Assembly (NCBI GenBank): GCA_028714375.1
Contig: JAQTMK010000001.1
Location: 136,988-200,987, forward strand
Reading direction: 5' to 3'
DNA: 64,000 nt
From: Candidatus Nanoarchaeia archaeon
GTDB taxonomy: Archaea > Nanobdellota > Nanobdellia > SCGC-AAA011-G17 > JACPNG01
Part shown: positions 27,827 to 37,002 of the stretch, piece by piece
How the letters are laid out: each line of letters begins with the position of its first letter
Position numbering within the stretch: position 1 is the first letter of the stretch
Notes under the pieces: generated by a model
Told to the model about the DNA's origin: nothing
The model's input: only the letters and a program-made list of their open reading frames with translations
Databases searched by the model: none
Position numbers and translations under genes: made by a program

Positions 27827-28333
27827 ATGAAAAAAATAATATTCATAATCATAATATTTCTGCTTTTAACAACCACAATCTTTGGCAAAGGATTTGGATT
27901 TGATATGTCCTTCGGATATTTTTTTGGAGAATTCAACGAAATAGACTCAGATTTTGTATGGGGGGCGGGCGGTTCTTACTCTATTGATGATACCCTTACA
28001 TTAAATATTAGTATTATAAGATCTGCCAATGAGATAAGAGAACCTGAAAATAAAGAAATTAAAATAGATTATTTCTTGTTCGGAGCCACAATCCAACTAT
28101 CCAAAATAATATTTATTGGTGGAGGCATATCATATACTTCTCTCCGTGAAAAAACAGAATCCGGAACTCTGGATGATATGGGATTTGGAGGATTTATTGA
28201 AACTGGTGCCAGATATCTAATCGATGAGGATATCAACAACATAACAGTCGGCGGGAGAGTTATGTACAGTTACAATAAGGTAGAAGATGAAAACATCGGA
28301 GGAATCTTTCTGATATTTACTATTGGATTTTAA
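27827..28333 (+). CDS. secreted protein with outer-membrane beta-barrel-like sequence pattern
   Basis: Signal peptide, then alternating hydrophobic/polar beta-strand-like segments (GARYLI, GGRVMYSY, IGGIFLIFTIGF) and a C-terminal Phe. GGAGG ribosome-binding site upstream. Confidence 0.45.
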   Translation: MKKIIFIIIIFLLLTTTIFGKGFGFDMSFGYFFGEFNEIDSDFVWGAGGSYSIDDTLTLNISIIRSANEIREPENKEIKIDYFLFGATIQLSKIIFIGGGISYTSLREKTESGTLDDMGFGGFIETGARYLIDEDINNITVGGRVMYSYNKVEDENIGGIFLIFTIGF

Positions 28334-28347
28334 CTTCCTTCCCGGAA

Positions 28348-28417
28348 GCCCGAGACAATAAAGCCTGCCTCTTTCCCCCCCTTACACCCAAAGCCCAAGT
28401 CTCGGGCTCTTTTTTTA
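28348..28417 (+). terminator. GC/C-rich hairpin plus T-tract, putative terminator or structured RNA
   Basis: GCCCGAGAC...GTCTCGGGC 9-bp stem enclosing a 42-nt C-rich loop, followed by TCTTTTTTT. Unusually GC-rich for this genome. Confidence 0.4.
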
Positions 28418-28471
28418 TCTATCCTATATATACATATATAACAAATAAATTTATAAATAAGGAGTATATAC

Positions 28472-28642
28472 ATGTTCCTTATGAAAGTTAAAATTGAAGA
28501 AAACAAAATTGAAATTGGAACAAAAGTAGAAGCTGAAGGAATTTATTCAAGAAAAGTAACCCCTTTCGGTAATGGTGCAAAGATAGACTTTGTGAAAAGA
28601 TATATCGGAAGAGACGTTATTGTAGTTGTCTTGAAAAAATAA
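28472..28642 (+). CDS. DUF2080-like small protein (putative transposon/virus-associated family)
   Basis: Hand translation MFLMKVKIEENKIEIGTKVEAEGIYSRKVTPFGNGAKIDFVKRYIGRDVIVVVLKK*. The V.PFGNGAKI...GR.V.VV pattern recalls DUF2080. GGAG ribosome-binding site upstream. Confidence 0.4.
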   Translation: MFLMKVKIEENKIEIGTKVEAEGIYSRKVTPFGNGAKIDFVKRYIGRDVIVVVLKK

Positions 28643-29173
28643 CTAATACTTGAATTGAAAATAATCTCCTTGATTTTCTCCATCAGGGATTATGATAGAA
28701 TTAATCCTAAAAATTGAACATTTTTTTTCTAATCTTCCAAAAAAATAAGCAGGTTCTCTAAACTCGGCCATATCTTTCAACAAATCCGATAAATTGGAAT
28801 AATCTGATTCTCCATCGCAGAGCCAATCATTCTCTTGGAGAGGATAACATGGAAAACTAATCTGGTAAATTGTATCTGGATCTTTCTCACCTATAAAAAT
28901 CCCATCAGAATCCTTAAGATATTCAAAGGAATTGCTATCTTCACAATCGTCTTCATCTTCATCTATAAATAATTCTGGCATAGTAAGGCAGATGTCAAAA
29001 ATATTTTTATTTTGTCTCAAAAGTATTGAAGCGATAGTCCCAATCTTGGAGGAAGGATAATTTCCATTTAATTTTTCGCTTTCTGATCTGAAAAAGACAA
29101 GATCCCTTACACTACATAAAGGATATTCCTCCCATCTTTTTTTAACCTTTCTCTTTAATCTTGTTATAAACAT
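28643..29173 (-). CDS. hypothetical acidic protein
   Basis: 176 aa ORF, Asp/Glu-rich, several Cys; no recognisable family. Confidence 0.4.
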   Translation of the reverse strand: MFITRLKRKVKKRWEEYPLCSVRDLVFFRSESEKLNGNYPSSKIGTIASILLRQNKNIFDICLTMPELFIDEDEDDCEDSNSFEYLKDSDGIFIGEKDPDTIYQISFPCYPLQENDWLCDGESDYSNLSDLLKDMAEFREPAYFFGRLEKKCSIFRINSIIIPDGENQGDYFQFKY

Positions 29174-29234
29174 TGAATTGAAAAATTCAGAGAATTTAAA
29201 ACTACAATTATACTTCCTAATATATTTTACTTAA

Positions 29235-29348
29235 TCACTTTTTTACAAATTTAGAAAGATCTGTTTGTTTTTGGTTCTTGCAGTAAGGACATTGTTCCTG
29301 CATCTCATGCCATGCACCGCAATGTTTGCACTTAATTCTAGTCACCAT
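29235..29348 (-). CDS. mini Zn-ribbon protein, 37 aa (speculative)
   Basis: Hand translation MVTRIKCKHCGAWHEMQEQCPYCKNQKQTDLSKFVKK*; CxxC...CxxC. Confidence 0.25.
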   Translation of the reverse strand: MVTRIKCKHCGAWHEMQEQCPYCKNQKQTDLSKFVKK

Positions 29349-29543
29349 CTTTTCAGAAAAAACATTAATTTAAACTGCTTTATATATATTTATAATCTAG
29401 AATATATTTTATAAGATATATTTTTTAGTTTACATAAATCTTTTTAAATGTCTCATTTGCGAAGTTACAATATTTTTTTATAAATAAATTCAAAAAATTC
29501 TCACCAAAAGTATTATAAACTAGCCAAAAAAGAGAAAACTCCC

Positions 29544-30170
29544 ATGCTAAACTTAGAATCAGAGATATCAAAAAGTATAGAGAAAGTAGTTAAGGGAAAA
29601 AAAGCTCACAAACTATCTGATCTATTAGAATCCCTAAAAAATCATGATTTAGATACTTATAATCATTCTATAAGAGTTGGAGAACTTAGCAAAAAGGCCT
29701 TAGAAGCCTATACCTCAAAACAGTTTTATTTAGATTATATCTTCTGTGCCGGTATTTCCCATGACATTGGCAAATTGGGGATATCCAAAGAGATAATTAA
29801 TGCAGTCCCATTTGATGACAGGTGCAGGGAGATTATGGATAACCATCCAGAAATAGGTTACCAACTGTTAAAGGATATTGATAAAGAAGTAGCTTTGATA
29901 TGTGAAGGGCACCATACCTTCCAGAATAGAATTTATCCAGCTAAGCTACCAGGGTTAAATAATTTACCTACACGTAAAAAATATGTTATTTCTTTCTTTA
30001 CAATGATCATTACAATCGTAGATGCTTATGATAGAATTAAGTATAAATCCAACAACCATAACCATATAGAAGGTCAGTTAATAGATACTCATCCACAATG
30101 TAAAGAGATGATCCAATATTTATTCAAAAAAGAAATTCTAAAAGAAAATAAAATAAGTCCTTATATCTGA
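29544..30170 (+). CDS. HD-domain phosphohydrolase
   Basis: HSIRV...AGISHDIGK HD motif with downstream His/Asp ligands. Confidence 0.7.
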   Translation: MLNLESEISKSIEKVVKGKKAHKLSDLLESLKNHDLDTYNHSIRVGELSKKALEAYTSKQFYLDYIFCAGISHDIGKLGISKEIINAVPFDDRCREIMDNHPEIGYQLLKDIDKEVALICEGHHTFQNRIYPAKLPGLNNLPTRKKYVISFFTMIITIVDAYDRIKYKSNNHNHIEGQLIDTHPQCKEMIQYLFKKEILKENKISPYI

Positions 30171-30592
30171 TCATTAAGGACTGTGAAGTAAGCTTTTTCC
30201 CATCTTTCATTCGTGTAGTCAAATATTTTTATATAATATATCCCATCCCAGGATGAACTGGTTTTGTATTCTACAGAATGGATCTGTTTACATTTATATT
30301 CTCCGCACTTAAATGAATATCTTACTCTACACATATCATTCTCAGCTTCGCAGATTCTATAAATTCTATTTATACCGTCTGTTCCGGGTTTTATAGAAAT
30401 TTTAATTAAATCGCCTGCAGTTACAACTTTTGGATTTACTTCTAGCATAGTTTGCTCATTCACATTTGCTCCCGTTATATTGCCAAAAGTATAAGCAAGT
30501 ATTATTATTATAGTAATAATCAAGAACCCGATTACCAAGGTTTTAGGATCTTTTTTCTGCACCCCTGGCATAGATGTTTCCTTCTTTTTCAT
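30161..30592 (-). CDS. membrane-anchored small Cys-containing protein (hypothetical)
   Basis: N-terminal basic segment, one TM (LVIGFLIITIIIILAY), extracellular Cys-rich domain. Confidence 0.4.
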   Translation of the reverse strand: MKKKETSMPGVQKKDPKTLVIGFLIITIIIILAYTFGNITGANVNEQTMLEVNPKVVTAGDLIKISIKPGTDGINRIYRICEAENDMCRVRYSFKCGEYKCKQIHSVEYKTSSSWDGIYYIKIFDYTNERWEKAYFTVLNDQI

Positions 30593-30776
30593 CCAAAATA
30601 CACCTCCGTATGCCTTTTCTTAGGCAGAAATGCTATTTAAACCTTGTTATAGAACATATTAATTCCATAGTAGTTACAAAATAGAAAGCTTTATAAAGGA
30701 GATATTATTGCATAGTAATTACAAAATGCATCAAACAATTTGTATTTTGTGATACTCATTTACGAGGAGGGAAAAG

Positions 30777-32042
30777 ATGAATAAAACAATGAAAATTTTG
30801 AGTGCAGTATTTTTGGCAGTTGTTGCTTTAATAGCTACACCTATTGTAAGTGCTGCTCAAATAGACATCAACTCTGTTGAAGCATGTGGTATTGAATACG
30901 ACACTACAGTATCAACCATTTATGCTGAAAGAGGAGAAACATGCGACGTAATCGTTAAATTTACTGCTAACGCAGATATTGACGACCTTAAACTTAAAGC
31001 TTGGATTGGTGGTTACGAATACGATGATATTGAAGATGTAACATCAATGTTTGACGTTGAGTCAGGCGTTACATACAAGAAATCATTGAGTTTGGAATTA
31101 CCAGACGATATGGATGCTTCTGAAGACTATACAATTAATGTAGAAGTTTACAACAAGGATACAGAACTTGTTGATAAAGAATATACATTAAGAGTTAAAG
31201 AAGGCAGACATAACCTTCAGATACAGGATGTTATCTTAAGACCTGATTCAACCATTGAAGCAGGAAGATCCTTATTTGCAACTATTAGAGTTGAAAATAT
31301 GGGAGACAGAAAAGAAGAAGATATCCAAGTTAACATTGAAATTCCAGACTTAGGCGTTTCAGCAAGAGACTACATTGACGAATTATCAGCAGATGAAGAT
31401 TCTGATGCTAATGAAGACAATGAAGATGAAGAGGACTCTGCTTCAAGTGATGAAATTTACTTGAAAATACCAGAAAACGCAATGACTGGAGCTTACGATG
31501 TAATTGTTAAAGTTGTTTACTCAAGAGGACATGAAGAAGTAACAAAAACCGAAACAATTTACGTTGTTGGTAATACCCCAATAGTTGAAGAAGGAAAAGC
31601 ATTGGTAAATGTTGATGCAGCTTCAAAGTCAGCTGATGCTGGTGAAGAAGTTAGCTACAAAGTAATGATTGCTAACCTAAACGGAGCAAAACATGTTTAC
31701 ACAGTAGAAGCTACTGGTGCAGATTTGTTTGCAGACGTTGCAGTTGAACCAGGATTTGTAACAATTGAAAAAGGAAATGTTGGAGAATCCTACGTTAAAC
31801 TAAACGTTAAAGAAGGAGCTTCAGATGGTGTTCATCAATTTACCATTAAGGTAAAAGCTGATGATGTAATCGTTGCTGAAAAAACAGTTACCGTAGACGT
31901 AAATGCAGCTAGTGCTTCAAACGCAAAGAAAACATTGGCAATTGCATTCGGAATATTAGTAGTGTTGCTTATCATTATAGCACTTATCTTGGCTTTCAAT
32001 AAAATGAGAAGCTCAGATAGTGATAATGAGAGTTACTACTAA
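30777..32042 (+). CDS. cell-surface protein with CARDB-like domains and C-terminal TM anchor
   Basis: Signal peptide; beta-sandwich-like repeats (DVIVKFTANADIDD, RVENMGDRKEEDIQVNIEIPDLG); acidic linker; C-terminal TM helix followed by basic/Ser-rich tail. Confidence 0.55.
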   Translation: MNKTMKILSAVFLAVVALIATPIVSAAQIDINSVEACGIEYDTTVSTIYAERGETCDVIVKFTANADIDDLKLKAWIGGYEYDDIEDVTSMFDVESGVTYKKSLSLELPDDMDASEDYTINVEVYNKDTELVDKEYTLRVKEGRHNLQIQDVILRPDSTIEAGRSLFATIRVENMGDRKEEDIQVNIEIPDLGVSARDYIDELSADEDSDANEDNEDEEDSASSDEIYLKIPENAMTGAYDVIVKVVYSRGHEEVTKTETIYVVGNTPIVEEGKALVNVDAASKSADAGEEVSYKVMIANLNGAKHVYTVEATGADLFADVAVEPGFVTIEKGNVGESYVKLNVKEGASDGVHQFTIKVKADDVIVAEKTVTVDVNAASASNAKKTLAIAFGILVVLLIIIALILAFNKMRSSDSDNESYY

Positions 32043-32119
32043 GATAACAGGGAAATCATTTCCCTCCTTTTTCTTTTTTCACAAAAATTAAAGAAAAAGG
32101 CAAAATTTTTTCTACATCC

Positions 32120-32521
32120 ATGAAAACTTTAAATATACTTTTTGTTGAGGATGAGGCAGGATTTAATCAAACTATCACAAGAAAACTTTTAGATTATGAT
32201 TTTAAGGTGACTTCTGTTTATACATATAAAGATGCAATAAAAGAAACAAAACATTTGCAGGAAGCTAACAAGAAGAATAATGTATTAATCACAGATTTTG
32301 ATTTAGGGGAGAAAACAACTGGGATGGATATTATAAAAGAAACAAACAATTTATTCGGAAAAATTATTTTACAGACCGGTACTTCAGAATCAGCTATCCA
32401 ATATCGTTATGAAGATTATGAAGAACTTGTATCTAAATTGGGTATAAATTACATATTTAAAGCTGACTTAAGTAAAAAGATATTAGGAGTATTGGATGAG
32501 TATCTAAAATCCCAAAAATAA
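32120..32521 (+). CDS. stand-alone response-regulator receiver (CheY-like) domain protein
   Basis: ILFVEDE acidic pocket, candidate phospho-acceptor Asp in LITDFDLG, conserved Thr (ILQTGT) and Lys (YIFKADL). Confidence 0.5.
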   Translation: MKTLNILFVEDEAGFNQTITRKLLDYDFKVTSVYTYKDAIKETKHLQEANKKNNVLITDFDLGEKTTGMDIIKETNNLFGKIILQTGTSESAIQYRYEDYEELVSKLGINYIFKADLSKKILGVLDEYLKSQK

Positions 32522-32630
32522 TTCTTTATTAAGATCATACTTTAATTAATATCTATTCTAAAACCATCTTTTTAATTAAATTATATATATAAACCACCTC
32601 TGTTTATAAATTTAAAAGAGAGGTGATACG

Positions 32631-34664
32631 ATGAGGTTTGATAAATCTATAATTTTCATAACCCTATTAATTCTATTTTCGTTTTCAGTTTCAGCAGAAA
32701 TTGGAACAAGCCCTGACAATTGTAAGGGAAAAGACTTAACCGACCATATTTTTAATGATAATTTAATTACAAATGGTTGGAATAATTTATACCAGCAGAT
32801 GCAGGTTAATGATGTTCATACAATCAGCTTCAAAGGTATAAGCAATGACAATCCAGATCCAATAACAGTAACCTATTCTTTGTTTTACTGTAAAAGAGCA
32901 TGTGATTTGAACGGAGATGGAAAAGTCACTGCAGCAGATGCATGTTCAGATCATTTAGTTCTTCAACAAAAAACAGTCATAGAAGCAAATTCTAAAAAAG
33001 ATATTACTATAAATTTCAAGCCAGCTCAGGAAGGTTGTTATCAGTTAGATTGGGCTGTTGAAAAAATTGAAAACTCTCAGTGTTCTTATTTAGATAAAAC
33101 CTACTGTGAGGATTGTACATTTTTGGCTTATCTTGTAGATACTTCATGTAAGGCAGGTTCAACCCAAACAAGAAAATGTGGTTACTCTGATGTTGGAGAA
33201 TGTAGTTATGGAACTAAAACTTTAACCTGTACAGCCCAGTCACAGTTAATTGGTCCAACAAGTTATTGGAAATATGGAATTTGCATTGGAGCAACCTATC
33301 CAACAACAGAAATCTGTGACCAGAAAGACAATGACTGTGATGGTTTAATCGATGAAGACAATGTTTGTGAAGTTCCAGAATGTGAAGATGGAGAAACACA
33401 AACACAGCAATGTGGAATAACTGATGTTGGAATTTGCGAATACGGACATAAAGAAAAAATCTGTGAGAATGGCTCATGGGGAAATTGGGGTGATTGTATT
33501 GGTGCCATTAATCCTTCAACAGAAATATGTAATCAGTTAGATGATGATTGTGATGGGTTGATAGATGAAGGCGATGTTTGCCCTCCAGAAGAATGTTACA
33601 CTAATGATGACTGTGATAATGGTTTGTATTGTGATGGTGAGGAAATCTGCATAGATAACGAGTGTTATTCAGGAACAGAAATTAATTGTAATTTATACAA
33701 TATTCCAGGAATAAATACTTGCTACAATAGTCCAGACAGCAATCCATACACATTAGATTATAGAAATGCATTTACTTCAACCTGTAACGAAGATTTAGAT
33801 ATGTGTACAATTGGAAGTAGCATAATATCTCATATTTGTTATTATGGTTGTGGAGCAGAATGTATTGATTCTTGTGAAAAAACAGAATGTGATTACTTAG
33901 ATGGTTGCTATGGAAATGATTACTATGATTACAGTGATGTTTCAAACCTATGTAATTCCTGTTTATGTAGTCATAATGAATGTGGTCTTCCAGTAATTTC
34001 TGAAAATGATCCAAGATGTGAACAACCAGAATGTACAGAAGGAGATATTGATATTGTTTCCTGTGGTATGACCGATGTTGGAGAATGCTCTTATGGTCAG
34101 AAACAAAGAATATGTATTGATGAAGAATGGACAGACTGGAGCGAATGCGTTGGAAGTGTAAATCCAACAACAGAAATCTGTGACCAAAAAGACAATGACT
34201 GTGATGGTTTAATCGATGAAGACAAAGTCTGTGAAATATGTGTTCTGAATAAAACCAGACTTGATGGGGAAAATGGATTTATTGATCACATAAATGAATT
34301 TACAAATGAAGACTTTACAAAAAATAAGATTGATTTCAAGGCTTGGGTTTCAAAATCAGACAAGTACACAGGATATGTTATAGTTTCTGTGACAGGAACA
34401 ACCACAGATGGTGGAAGACTTTCTTTGAAATTAAAAGGTAAAGTAAGAAACGTCTATGAAAATACCTGTGAAGCATTTAACGTTGAAAATTCCTGGTGGA
34501 GTTTAGCTACCTACAGAGCACCAAATTCCAAGAAAACAGAAAAAATCCATCTGGATAGCATCTGGTATGAATGGAACAGGGAAACTAATTTGTTAAATGT
34601 CTACGGAATTGGTCCTGACATTGACTTTGAAATAAACAACATTGAAATTGAATCAAAGTACTGA
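32631..34664 (+). CDS. secreted Cys-rich protein with MopE-like 'putative metal-binding' repeats
   Basis: Signal peptide; three ~60-aa repeats each ending C(D/N)QKDNDCDGLIDED; many paired Cys. Confidence 0.6.
   Translation: MRFDKSIIFITLLILFSFSVSAEIGTSPDNCKGKDLTDHIFNDNLITNGWNNLYQQMQVNDVHTISFKGISNDNPDPITVTYSLFYCKRACDLNGDGKVTAADACSDHLVLQQKTVIEANSKKDITINFKPAQEGCYQLDWAVEKIENSQCSYLDKTYCEDCTFLAYLVDTSCKAGSTQTRKCGYSDVGECSYGTKTLTCTAQSQLIGPTSYWKYGICIGATYPTTEICDQKDNDCDGLIDEDNVCEVPECEDGETQTQQCGITDVGICEYGHKEKICENGSWGNWGDCIGAINPSTEICNQLDDDCDGLIDEGDVCPPEECYTNDDCDNGLYCDGEEICIDNECYSGTEINCNLYNIPGINTCYNSPDSNPYTLDYRNAFTSTCNEDLDMCTIGSSIISHICYYGCGAECIDSCEKTECDYLDGCYGNDYYDYSDVSNLCNSCLCSHNECGLPVISENDPRCEQPECTEGDIDIVSCGMTDVGECSYGQKQRICIDEEWTDWSECVGSVNPTTEICDQKDNDCDGLIDEDKVCEICVLNKTRLDGENGFIDHINEFTNEDFTKNKIDFKAWVSKSDKYTGYVIVSVTGTTTDGGRLSLKLKGKVRNVYENTCEAFNVENSWWSLATYRAPNSKKTEKIHLDSIWYEWNRETNLLNVYGIGPDIDFEINNIEIESKY
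33300..33361 (+). repeat. 62-nt intragenic direct repeat, copy 1
   Basis: CCAACAACAGAAATCTGTGACCAGAAAGACAATGACTGTGATGGTTTAATCGATGAAGACAA; one mismatch to the copy at 34164-34225. Confidence 0.8.
34164..34225 (+). repeat. 62-nt intragenic direct repeat, copy 2
   Basis: Near-identical to 33300-33361. Confidence 0.8.
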
Positions 34665-34718
34665 TTCTTTTTTCTTTTTTTTTATAATACACATATACAC
34701 TTAGTAAATCAAAAAAAG

Positions 34719-34734
34719 GCCCGATTAAACGGGC
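34719..34734. terminator. short GC hairpin between convergent genes
   Basis: GCCCG-ATTAAA-CGGGC flanked by A/T runs. Confidence 0.3.
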
Positions 34735-34755
34735 TCTAATTTAAACAGGAATGAA

Positions 34756-35112
34756 TCATTTCATCTTGAGAACTTTCTTAGCTTCTTTAAGAAAGTTTTC
34801 AATACTGTCTTCTACCTGTATCCCGTGGAGTCCGTTTCCAGAATTGTTTTTGCAGGGTCCGAAAGTTTCTATTTCATCTCCCCCAATTGAAATTTGAAGA
34901 TAAAGATCCTCGAATGGCTTTTCGGTTCCAATATCTCCCAAAGGAAAATAAATTTCAATTAGGGAATCCTCTGGAATTATCCGAGGTTCTAATACTCCAG
35001 TGATGTATTTGAGAAAATTGTTAATCTTCTCCTGAGGCGAGCTGAGATTTTTTAAGAATATCATAACATCTTCTGGATAACAAACATTCTCCCGATAGAT
35101 TTTATATCCCAT
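34756..35112 (-). CDS. hypothetical protein (compositionally atypical)
   Basis: 118 aa; GC and codon usage (CCG, TCC, GGG) higher than genome background. Confidence 0.45.
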   Translation of the reverse strand: MGYKIYRENVCYPEDVMIFLKNLSSPQEKINNFLKYITGVLEPRIIPEDSLIEIYFPLGDIGTEKPFEDLYLQISIGGDEIETFGPCKNNSGNGLHGIQVEDSIENFLKEAKKVLKMK

Positions 35113-35127
35113 ATTTCCTCCTTGTAA

Positions 35128-35592
35128 TTATTTTAGAAATGCTTCCATCTCTTCTTTTGCGTTATCGGTAATTTCCAATTGGATAGAATGATCAGTTAAA
35201 AGCTGGGGAAGATCATCTTTTTTGAGGATAAAGATCCACAATTTTGGATATGCTCGCCAAGATCGAGGATATCCATTTCCATTTGCTTTCATCCATATGA
35301 CGTGTTGATTATTGGTAAGGAAGGTTTGTATCGAAAAAGATATCAAATTCATATCTTCCACCTCTTCACTTAGGATATGTTTAATCATATTTTTGAATTT
35401 GATGCCTTCCTCCCCTTCCTCTGAAACCTTAAATGAGATAACCGAGAATCGTCTTAAATTTTCGATCGGATTATCTAAAAGCCTTGATTGTTGGTCAGTT
35501 TCTACAACTTTCAAATTCAGCAAGCAGTCAACGACAGCCTTACTAAGACGGATTACCTCAGTTGTTTGAGAAACTTTTAAATTTACACTCAT
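35128..35592 (-). CDS. hypothetical protein (compositionally atypical)
   Basis: 154 aa; co-oriented with and 15 nt upstream of 34756-35112. Confidence 0.45.
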   Translation of the reverse strand: MSVNLKVSQTTEVIRLSKAVVDCLLNLKVVETDQQSRLLDNPIENLRRFSVISFKVSEEGEEGIKFKNMIKHILSEEVEDMNLISFSIQTFLTNNQHVIWMKANGNGYPRSWRAYPKLWIFILKKDDLPQLLTDHSIQLEITDNAKEEMEAFLK

Positions 35593-35727
35593 AAAATTCT
35601 CCTTTCTTCCACGTTTTCCGTGGATTTTAAAATTTAGAAGATGGTTCTAACTACAACCTCTTTTACCAACCAGAACTCCGTTTTGTTAAGGTTTTAGCAA
35701 ACTATTTTAAGTTTATAAATCTTATTA

Positions 35728-36093
35728 TTGGTTAAAATGGAAGACATCGAAGAAAGATTAGAAGGATTAATCGAGGAAATAAACACAAAACAAATCCTTG
35801 TTATAGTTGAAGGCAAGAAAGATCTTAAAGCCCTGGAAGAACTGGGAATAGAAAAAATATACCCAATAAACAGAAAACCAATATACAAAGTTATAGATGA
35901 AATCAACGAAAAAGAAGTTTTAATCTTAACAGATTTGGATCAAACAGGAAAAGAACTTTATTCAGTTTTAAAGTCCGGATTACAGAATAAAGGCATAAAA
36001 ATTAACAATAATCTGAGGAATTTTTTATTCAAAACAGAGATAAGACAGATAGAAGGAATAACCCATTATATCCTCAAAAAGCAAGGTTTATAA
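35728..36093 (+). CDS. small Toprim-domain protein (COG1658-like)
   Basis: ILVIVEGKKDLKAL ... VLILTDLDQTGKEL: Toprim Glu plus DxD motif in a roughly 120-aa protein. Confidence 0.55.
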   Translation: MVKMEDIEERLEGLIEEINTKQILVIVEGKKDLKALEELGIEKIYPINRKPIYKVIDEINEKEVLILTDLDQTGKELYSVLKSGLQNKGIKINNNLRNFLFKTEIRQIEGITHYILKKQGL

Positions 36094-36247
36094 AGCATTA
36101 CTCCAGTAAAAGGCTCTGATTGAATTAAATTTGTATTTTTGTCTTGATAGAGGGTATTCTATTTGTTTTTCTGAAACTCATGGAAAACCCGGAAGAAGAC
36201 AAAAATAGTTTTTCTATCGAAGAAATCTAAAAGAAGGAGATTAAAAA

Positions 36248-36541
36248 ATGGAAAAAAGTGGAGACCCCCTCAGTTCAAACAATGGATTTAACATTAGTGT
36301 GATACATGGTTTTAAAAACCAAATCGTTACCATTGAAGATACTCAAACCAGACAGAAGGTTTCTGGTACAATCAAGGAATTTAAAAGACTTATCTTGGGA
36401 AAAAGTTCTAAAATAAGGGTTGAGCAGAACAACGGTTATAAGAGAATCATTGGAGTTGGTGAATCTAACTATCTTGAAGTTGAATCACCTAGAATGGATA
36501 TTATGTTAAAAAAACTTAAAGGAACATTAAACCTACCTTGA
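36248..36541 (+). CDS. hypothetical protein
   Basis: 97 aa; AAGGAG ribosome-binding site; first of three tightly linked small genes. Confidence 0.4.
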   Translation: MEKSGDPLSSNNGFNISVIHGFKNQIVTIEDTQTRQKVSGTIKEFKRLILGKSSKIRVEQNNGYKRIIGVGESNYLEVESPRMDIMLKKLKGTLNLP

Positions 36542-36972
36542 AAGGAGAAACTATGAGAAGAATACGTTCTCTATTAAACTCAGAGGTTAAGGAAAATGTG
36601 AAAAACATAATCAAAATCTTGGAAGAGGATCCAACAAAATTTAAGACTCTCAAGGAACTAATCTCTATAAAGTTTTTCCTTTTCTTTCGATATGTGAGAT
36701 ATGTTAAAATCTCTATCACCGAAATATCTAGGAAAAAGAAAGAGAAACAAGTTCCAGAAAAAATGATCAAAGTTGTTTTAGTAAATTCTTTTTTTCACAA
36801 GAAATATTCTCCAGTTTTGTTGTTCCCAACTTATGGAAATTATATCAAGATTGAAAAGGAGATTCGAATTGATGCCAATCAGTTAATATGTTACCTTCAG
36901 CATAAGAAGATTCTCTCAAGATTAAGGGGATTGTTTAATTTTAAAAAACGGAGGAAGAATGGTAAAACCTAA
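36538..36972 (+). CDS. hypothetical basic protein
   Basis: 144 aa; ATGA-type overlap with the upstream gene; Lys/Arg-rich. Confidence 0.4.
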   Translation: MKGETMRRIRSLLNSEVKENVKNIIKILEEDPTKFKTLKELISIKFFLFFRYVRYVKISITEISRKKKEKQVPEKMIKVVLVNSFFHKKYSPVLLFPTYGNYIKIEKEIRIDANQLICYLQHKKILSRLRGLFNFKKRRKNGKT

Positions 36973-37002
36973 AACTTTAAACTCAAAGAAAGGAGAGGGA
37001 GA

